A DNA stretch of 64,000 bases from Macrostomum lignano (lineage: Eukaryota): NCBI GenBank assembly GCA_002269645.1, contig NIVC01002321.1, forward strand, positions 1-64,000, given 5' to 3'. How positions within the stretch are numbered: the stretch's first letter is position 1; each line of letters starts with the position of its first letter. Position numbers and translations under genes: made by a program. The notes under the pieces were generated by a model, which did no database searches, was not told the origin of the DNA, and saw only the letters and a list, made by a program, of their open reading frames with translations. Positions 57,196 through 64,000 of the stretch are shown here, piece after piece.

Positions 57196-57506
57196 TGGGC
57201 AAACATCTTGGATTATTTATTTTATTAAATTAGTTGGATTATTGGAATTTCGAGACTTGCACCAAATTTAACAATTTAGTAATCTGTAAACATGGATTTA
57301 GCAAAATTCTGCAACTTCCGTGTACCAGAGATGGCTAGCAGTGTAAAGGATAGTAGGATAGAGATATTGATGTTTTGTTTAATTTTGAACTGTTTTGATT
57401 GGTGCCAGCTGGCATCCTGAATTCGGACCAGTTACCAGTTTTAAAGTACTACAAGTACTTTCGGTCTAGAATCAAGCTTTTATTATTCTCGAATTCTTAA
57501 TTCTAG

Positions 57507-58098
57507 ACTGGCCGAGCGCTTCGACCACCTGCTCCGTCTGTACCACGAGCAGAGCGTTCGAATTCTACAGAAGGCTAAGCAACAGCACCACCAGCACCAG
57601 CACAAGCAACAGCACCATCAGCAGCTTCTGCCGCAGGCCCATCATGACGCTGGCACCAGCACCAGCAGCATCAAAGACAGGCACCGAGTCGGTCACGTCG
57701 GTCACGACAACGATGACGATTCCTTCCATCTGCCGCCTGTCAAATCAGCTGGCGTCACTTCGCCGGAGACTGATTACTCTCAAAAATCCGTAGTCTTTGT
57801 TGTGATCTTCTGCGTGCTGGCCTTCCTGCTCACTCTAGTAGTGATCTTTGTCACTGTACGAATCTGCCGCATGGTGTACGGCGCCAACTCGCCCGCTGGC
57901 AAAGGCTACAAGCTGTCCCTGGTTGATGAGGAAGAGAAACCGCCAGCCCAGTGCGGCACGACTGCCATGTGCTGCGATGCGCCTTACAATTACCCGACTG
58001 TGCACCCGGAGAAGGCCTGTCTGGGCGACCCGCACCTGGCTAACATGCAGATGAACGGATACGAGAATCCCACCTACAAGTTCTATGAAGAGAAGTAA
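57507..58098 (+). CDS. APP: APP-like exon 5: juxtamembrane region, TM and AICD
   Basis: TM VVFVVIFCVLAFLLTLVVIFVTV and tail HLANMQMNGYENPTYKFYEEK*. Full protein about 727 aa, no KPI domain. Confidence 0.93.
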
Positions 58099-58547
58099 CG
58101 CTACGGATTAATTGATAATAGACAAAGGAGTTTGTGTTGATGAAGAGAAACGACGATAAGAAACGATTCCTCGTGTGTTTTTTTAACGTTTTATTATTAC
58201 TGTGTTAATTTTATCTCATGTTTTATTGTTCCATCGCTGTTTAGCTGTTGTGTCGCTATATAGCTTGGGGGTTTTTTCGAGCCCGCATAGCATCAGCTTC
58301 TTTTTTTGTTTTCTTAGTATCGTTTTAACGATATTTTTCTGTGTATCAGCTTTTGATTTTATTTTTAACGAAGCAGTTTGGTCCATTGATTATAGAACTT
58401 TCGACATTTTTGTGTCACGATCTTGTTTTTGTTATCATTTCACTTCTTCGTCTTTTATTACAAATATCATTTTAAATGGACCATATCGGCGGTTTGCGTT
58501 TTTATTTTAATTACCAGCAGTTCTTAGATTGCTTGATTGAAGGGAGT

Positions 58548-58780
58548 GAGGGGTAGAAATTGCGTACACACTGCGGCGTGAGGTGGGTGAGGGACAGAGG
58601 GGTAGAAATCGCGTACGCTGCGGCGTGAGGTGGGTGAGGGACAGAGGGGTATAAATCGCGTACACACTGCGGCGTGAGGTGGGTAAGGGACAGAGGGGTA
58701 GAAATCGCGTACGCTGCGGCGTGAGGTGGGTGAGGGACAGAGGGGTAGAAATCGCGTACACTGCAGCGCAAGGTGGGTAG
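58548..58780. repeat. About 46-48-bp tandem repeat (5 units) in the APP 3' region
   Basis: gaggggtagaaatcgcgtac(a)c(a)ctgcggcgtgaggtgggtgagggaca-like units. Confidence 0.88.
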
Positions 58781-59749
58781 CTTTAACCGCGGAAAGTTAA
58801 TTTAAACCGCTTTGTTTAAACGTCCTCGCAGTTTTTTTATTGCCCCTGCAATGCGCTTTGTACATTCTTTTTATTTTACCAGCTTCTAAATTTCAATTTT
58901 TTAAGCTAACATCTAACAATAAGTATCGCTTGATGGTATTTTTTGATGCATATATGCCTACTAAACTATATAACCTACTGTTAGTAGCTAGTAGTTTAGA
59001 TATTACAGTATCTATCACCGCACAATTCCACCTGAAATAGAGCGCGCGATTTTGCTTCTTCTGTTTTGTTTCTCCTAATTACATGTTTTGTTTTTCTGCT
59101 TGTGTAAACTAAATAAAAATATCTTGATTTTTATTAAGCACACAACTTTTACTATCAGTAATTTTTGTCACTTTTTATATAAACCTATTCGTCATATCAC
59201 CTTTCGCTTGCTAAATCGTACTACTGAGCACTCAAAATGAGTAGTTTCACCAAGTTGTTAATTTTTAATTCATTGAAAAATAAGTAAATTTGTTTTCGTT
59301 TGTTCTTTTCATAACGCGGCCGTATTTACCTCAAGCAAGTACAACCTGCACTTTATTGATTCAAATATTTATAAATAACTTTACTGCAAGCTGTAGTGAC
59401 TCTTATTATATTTAACAGTTAAAGCAAACTAGAAGCATCTTGAAGAATTTTTTTCTTTTTGAAACACCATTTTTTAAAAAATTAAAAGTAAATTTTTGAA
59501 TTTTTTATTACCGTTCATCACTACTATTGCTATATAATTTTAAATATACCTTATATCGCTGTGTTTATTACGTCTCCATTTTATGTCCATTTTTCAGTCT
59601 GCTTCTTTAAACTTTTAAAAGTCTAGAGGTACAAGTGTAGATTCAGCGCATATTCTGAGGTAGATTCAAGCAGAATATAAATTAGATTCCACGGCATATT
59701 TTAGAGAGATTCTGGAGTAGATTCTACTGCATATTCAAGTCGATTCTGG

Positions 59750-60412
59750 AAAGATTTTGAGCTAGATTCTATGATCATTTTGAGGTGGGTTCTATGGGAA
59801 TTTTCTGGTGGATTCTATGGACGTTTTGAGGTGGATTCTATGGACATTTTGAGGTGGATTCTATAGACATTTTAGGTGGATTCTATAGATATTTTGAGGT
59901 AAGGTATATGGAGATTTTCAGGTGGATTATATAAACATTTTGAGGTAGATTCTATGGGAATTTTGAGGTGAATTCTATGGACATTTTGAGATGGATTCTA
60001 TGGACGTTTTGAGGTGGATTCAATGGACATTTTGAGGTGGATTCTATAGACATCTTAGGTGGATTCTATAGATATTTTGAGGTAAGGTATATAGAGATTT
60101 TCAGGTGGATTATATAAACATTTTGAGGTAGATTCTATGGGAATTTTGAGGTGAATTCTATGGACATTTTGAGATGGATTCTATGGACGTTTTGAGGTGG
60201 ATTCAATGGACATTTTGAGGTGGATTCTATAGACATTTTAGGTGGATTCTATAGATATTTTGAGGTAAGGTATATGGAGATTTTCAGGTGGATTATATAA
60301 ACATTTTGAGGTAGATTCTATGGACATTTTGAGGTGGATTCAATGGACATTTTGAGGTGGATTCAATGGACATTTTGAGATGGATTCTATAGACATTTTT
60401 AGGTGGATTCTA
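59750..60412. repeat. 23-bp tandem array with a 183-bp higher-order repeat
   Basis: Unit gacattttgaggtggattctatg. The variant ggtaaggtatat recurs every 183 bp. Confidence 0.92.
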
Positions 60413-60606
60413 TCAAAGCTACTTTTATTAACATCCAATGCATGACTTCAGAATCCTGCTTAATAACAGTCGGATCATAAAATATATCAAAGCCAGCATT
60501 CTGAATGTTCAAGAGTGCAAAGAGATTGAAAGCGTCAGGGTGACCAGCTGCACAGGTGTGTGTGCCTTTAGCAACTAGATAATATAGAGTTGTCAGTCTC
60601 GGCACC

Positions 60607-60988
60607 ATGAGTCAGCAGCAGCAGCAGAAACTGTCCAGCACACCGGGCCTGAGTCCCGGTGGCAGCGCCAGTCCCAGTCCCAGCGGCAGCGGAATGCAGG
60701 AGCGCTACCAGCGCCTAGCAACCGAGTACAGCAAAGCCAGACAGCAGGTTATTGTGCTGAAGAATGGCGTCCTTGAAGAGCAGAAACGAACTGGCCAGCT
60801 TACCGAGGAGTTGAACACGGCTAGGCAGACTTTGAGAAAGCGCGAGGTTGAAGCCGACTCGCTGAACTTGTTAAATAGGCAGCTGCAGTCCAGAGTCGAT
60901 CAGTTGCAGGAATCCTTGGAGTCATTGCGGCGTCTGCAGCACCAGCCTCATCAGCACAGTCCCAGCAGTGGCAAAGTCAAGGCTGCGG
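60607..60988 (+). CDS. PPP1R21: PPP1R21 (KLRAQ-domain protein, FERRY subunit), exon 1
   Basis: QERYQRLATEYSKARQQVIVLKNGVLEEQ...LRKREVEADSLNLLNRQLQSRVDQLQ matches the KLRAQ domain. Donor G|GTAATA. Confidence 0.9.
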
Positions 60989-61034
60989 GTAATAAAAGTA
61001 TTCGAAATTCTATTTTACGCGTACAATACTCGAC

Positions 61035-61597
61035 AATCTGTAATACTCTACCAGACGCATCTGTAATACTCTACCAGACGCATCTGTAATACTCTGCCAG
61101 ACTCATCTGTAATACTCTACCAGACCCATCTGTAATACTCTGCCAGACTCATCTGTAATACTCTACCAGACTCATCTGTAATACTCTACCAGACCCATCT
61201 GTAATACTCTACCATATCCATCTGTAATCCTCTACCAGATCCATCTGTAATACTCTACCAGACCCATCTGTAATACTCTACAAGGCTCATCTGTAATACT
61301 CTACCAGATCCATCTGTAATACTCTACCATATCCATCTGTAATCCTCTACCATATCCATCTGTAATACTCTACCAGACCCATCTGTAATACTCTACCAGA
61401 CCCATCTGTAATACTCTACCATATCCATCTGTAATCCTCTACCATATCCATCTGTAATACTCTACCAGACCCATCTGTAATACTCTACCAGACCCATCTG
61501 TAATACTCTACCATATCCATCTGTAATCCTCTACCATATCCATCTGTAATACTCTACCAGACCCATCTATAATACTCTACAAGGCTCATCTGTAATC
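61035..61597. repeat. 23-bp tandem array, PPP1R21 intron 1
   Basis: Unit catctgtaatactctaccagacc. Confidence 0.95.
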
Positions 61598-61607
61598 ACT
61601 AACCCAG

Positions 61608-61993
61608 CTGCCGCAGAAACATCTGGGGGCGCCTCCGTCCTAGAAGAGGAACTGCAGCGCAAGATCGCAGAGAACGCTCGCCTACACCAGGAACTGCTGG
61701 CCAGAGACGAAGCTGCTCAAACTGCCGCAGTTCGCTACGCCGAACAGTTGTCGGCTCTCGAGACGGCCGCGGCGTCGGCCAGAGCGGAACGAGACGCCGC
61801 CCTGGCGGAAGCCACCGAGGCTCGCCAGTCGGCAGTGGAGGAACGGGACCGCCTAGCCGCCCAGGTTGCTACCGCAGCTGGTCGCGTGGAGACGGCAACG
61901 TCCCAGTTGGCTGAGGCTCGAGCTGAGTCAGCTGGACTGCGCCGAGATGCTGAGCTGCTGTCAGGTCTGCTCAGGCACTCGGAAGAGGCTCAG
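61608..61993 (+). CDS. PPP1R21: PPP1R21 exon 2
   Basis: VLEEELQRKIAENARLHQ (human DEDLQKKIEENERLH). Phase 1-0. Confidence 0.88.
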
Positions 61994-62185
61994 GTTCGTG
62001 ATCGCCTGCTCTATTTGCGGTCATGTATTTAACGGTCCGATTTCCTTCCAGTGCATTAAATCCAAATAAAATTCCCTAGTCTTATCTTCCCTTTATCCCA
62101 TGAAAGAGCAGGGATGGTTTTGTAAATTCAAGGAATTCTGTAAACACTACTTATAGTACTCTCGACACACTAAAATCCAATTCAG

Positions 62186-62812
62186 GTCGCCCGTCGTTGG
62201 TACGACTGGACGTCTAGCCAGACTCCCACTCTGGTGCGGGCGCTCAAGTCGCTGGTGGACCTGCACCTGCACCTGGAGGCCCGGTTGAGAGCGGCTGGCA
62301 GCTGGACTGAGTCAGCCAGTCGCCGACTGCGGGCTTGCGTAGCTGCCGCCCGGTCGCTGTGCCTGGAGCTGCCTGCGGATAGGCCAGAACTGGCCACGGA
62401 TGCCCAGCTGCTGTCTCTGCTGCGTCGGTGTCCTCAGCTGGCCGACTGTCTGTCCGAACTGTCCGAACCGTTCTCGGTCGCCGTGTCAGCCGAGCATTTG
62501 TCAACTGAGCTGCAGACTTTAAATACGGAACTGTGCCAATGCTTGACAATTGAGCTGCCGAATTCGCTGCGAAATTTAGCAAGTCTGATGACTACTGCTG
62601 CGGAGGCCAAGTCCAGAAGTCAATTAGCCGATTCTATTACCCAACGATTTGCAGCACTAGCCGGTGCATGTAAAAAGCTGTATACCGCCTGCGAGAGAAA
62701 AGTCAACGCCGAATCGGCGCTCAGAGTTTCCGATGATATCGCTGCGGGTAATAAGGCGTGTCTGACCGCCGCGTCGACTCTTGTAACCAAGTTTGATCTG
62801 CTTAATACTCAG
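62186..62812 (+). CDS. PPP1R21: PPP1R21 exon 3
   Basis: Open helical segment between ttcag| and CAG|GTGAAA, phase 0-0. Confidence 0.82.
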
Positions 62813-63090
62813 GTGAAATTCTTGACCTGCTTTTTGGGTACTAAACGGTTCTCAGTCTGAAACGAATTTAGTATATTAGACTAGCCAGTTAGCCCCTCCT
62901 TGGGCGGGGTGTTTTGTAGCATAGTCGACAAAGTTAAGCTTGAGCATTAAAAATGTGTATTAGCCTAGCCACTTAGCCCCTTTTCGGGGGTGTGCGGCTG
63001 ACAATCAAAATAGATAACCTGGTAGGCTTGAGCATTAAAAACTTAGCATAACCAAATCACATTGCATTGGATATACCTTTCCTATTCCAG

Positions 63091-63441
63091 GTAAGCGAGC
63101 AATGCGAGTTAATCGCTTCTCGTTTGATGTTCGCCGCCGTGAATCTCTCGTCCGCTATTTCGGATTCAACAACCGGCCCAACGGTCGCTGCCAACGTGAA
63201 TTCGTTGTCGCCTTCGCCGTCTCCTTCGTCGCCTTCAATTGCTAATGCCGCCGCTTCGGCTGCGGCGGCTGCTGCGGCAGCCGAGGCGGCTGAGGCGGCC
63301 AAGGCAGAGCTGGCCGTCCTGCGCGACGAGCTGCAGCGTGGGCAAGATCAGCTGGCTCTGATGGAGTCCCGGCTGGCAGCTCAGCAGGCTCGGATTAGCC
63401 AACTTGAAAAAGATCGAGAACGATGGATGCTCGAAGCTCAG
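63091..63441 (+). CDS. PPP1R21: PPP1R21 exon 4 (gene continues beyond the window)
   Basis: ISQLEKDRERWMLEAQ matches the conserved EQDKEHWMLEAQ-like motif. Donor CAG|GTGGGT. Confidence 0.86.
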
Positions 63442-63516
63442 GTGGGTTTGCTCTATCAGTTGGAGCGATTATCCTAACCCCAGCATTAAACCGTACTAAC
63501 CTAAAAATAATAATTA

Positions 63517-63787
63517 AGTACACCTGCTTACTCGGCAGATGTGCAACCGACAGCTCAGCTGAGCGCATCTGAATGCTGCGTACGGCTGATCAGTCCAAGG
63601 ACTGGGGGGTCGCCACACACCCTCAATTAACCCAGCTAATGCTGGCACCCATTTTACAGCTAGGTGAACTGAAGCAATGCAGAGTTAAGTGTCTTGCTCA
63701 GGACACAGATTGTACCTAGTGGGTCGAGAATCGAACCCCCGACCTTTACGTCGCGAGTCCGACGCTCTAACCACTAGGCTTCAACCC
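63517..63787 (-). mobile_element. SINE family A copy
   Basis: Reverse complement of the tRNA-like head and CORE-like body. Confidence 0.85.
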
Positions 63788-64000
63788 ATAACCCTAACCT
63801 GAGCATCAGTTTAAACAGCATCTCCCGACACGTGAACCCCCACCCTTGAAAACGTTATCATGGCAAGAATCGCTAGTCATTGCTAACAGCTCACTAAGTC
63901 ACTCTAGCGACTCTAGCGCGACTCTTGTCACTTTTTAGCGACTCAAACGCTGTAATGTGACGGAGATCGAGGCGACTTTTGAATCTCAAGCGCATCACAC

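Overview
Eukaryotic, intron-rich animal DNA. It is most likely a flatworm such as Macrostomum lignano, inferred from the gene set and minisatellite-filled introns rather than from a search. The left end holds a minus-strand DEG/ENaC channel gene (about 12.7 kb, running off the window). Its apparent 10.4-kb first intron contains six in-frame GT-AG exons that insert about 430 aa (kringle N-half, WSC, kringle C-half, second expanded kringle) into the finger region of the ectodomain. The 13-44 kb interval is accessory. It has disabled C-type lectin/PAN genes and a truncated DIRS/Ngaro-type retroelement enclosing an apparently intact, intron-containing Crypton tyrosine recombinase. It also has a short RTE-like insertion beginning with an HDV-like ribozyme fold, two EnSpm-like non-autonomous elements, two tRNA-derived SINE families, MITEs and many tandem arrays. 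The right end has three co-directional plus-strand genes: a flavin monooxygenase with a MITE inside exon 2, an APP-family gene, and PPP1R21 (incomplete). All gene models are manual splice reconstructions without transcript support.
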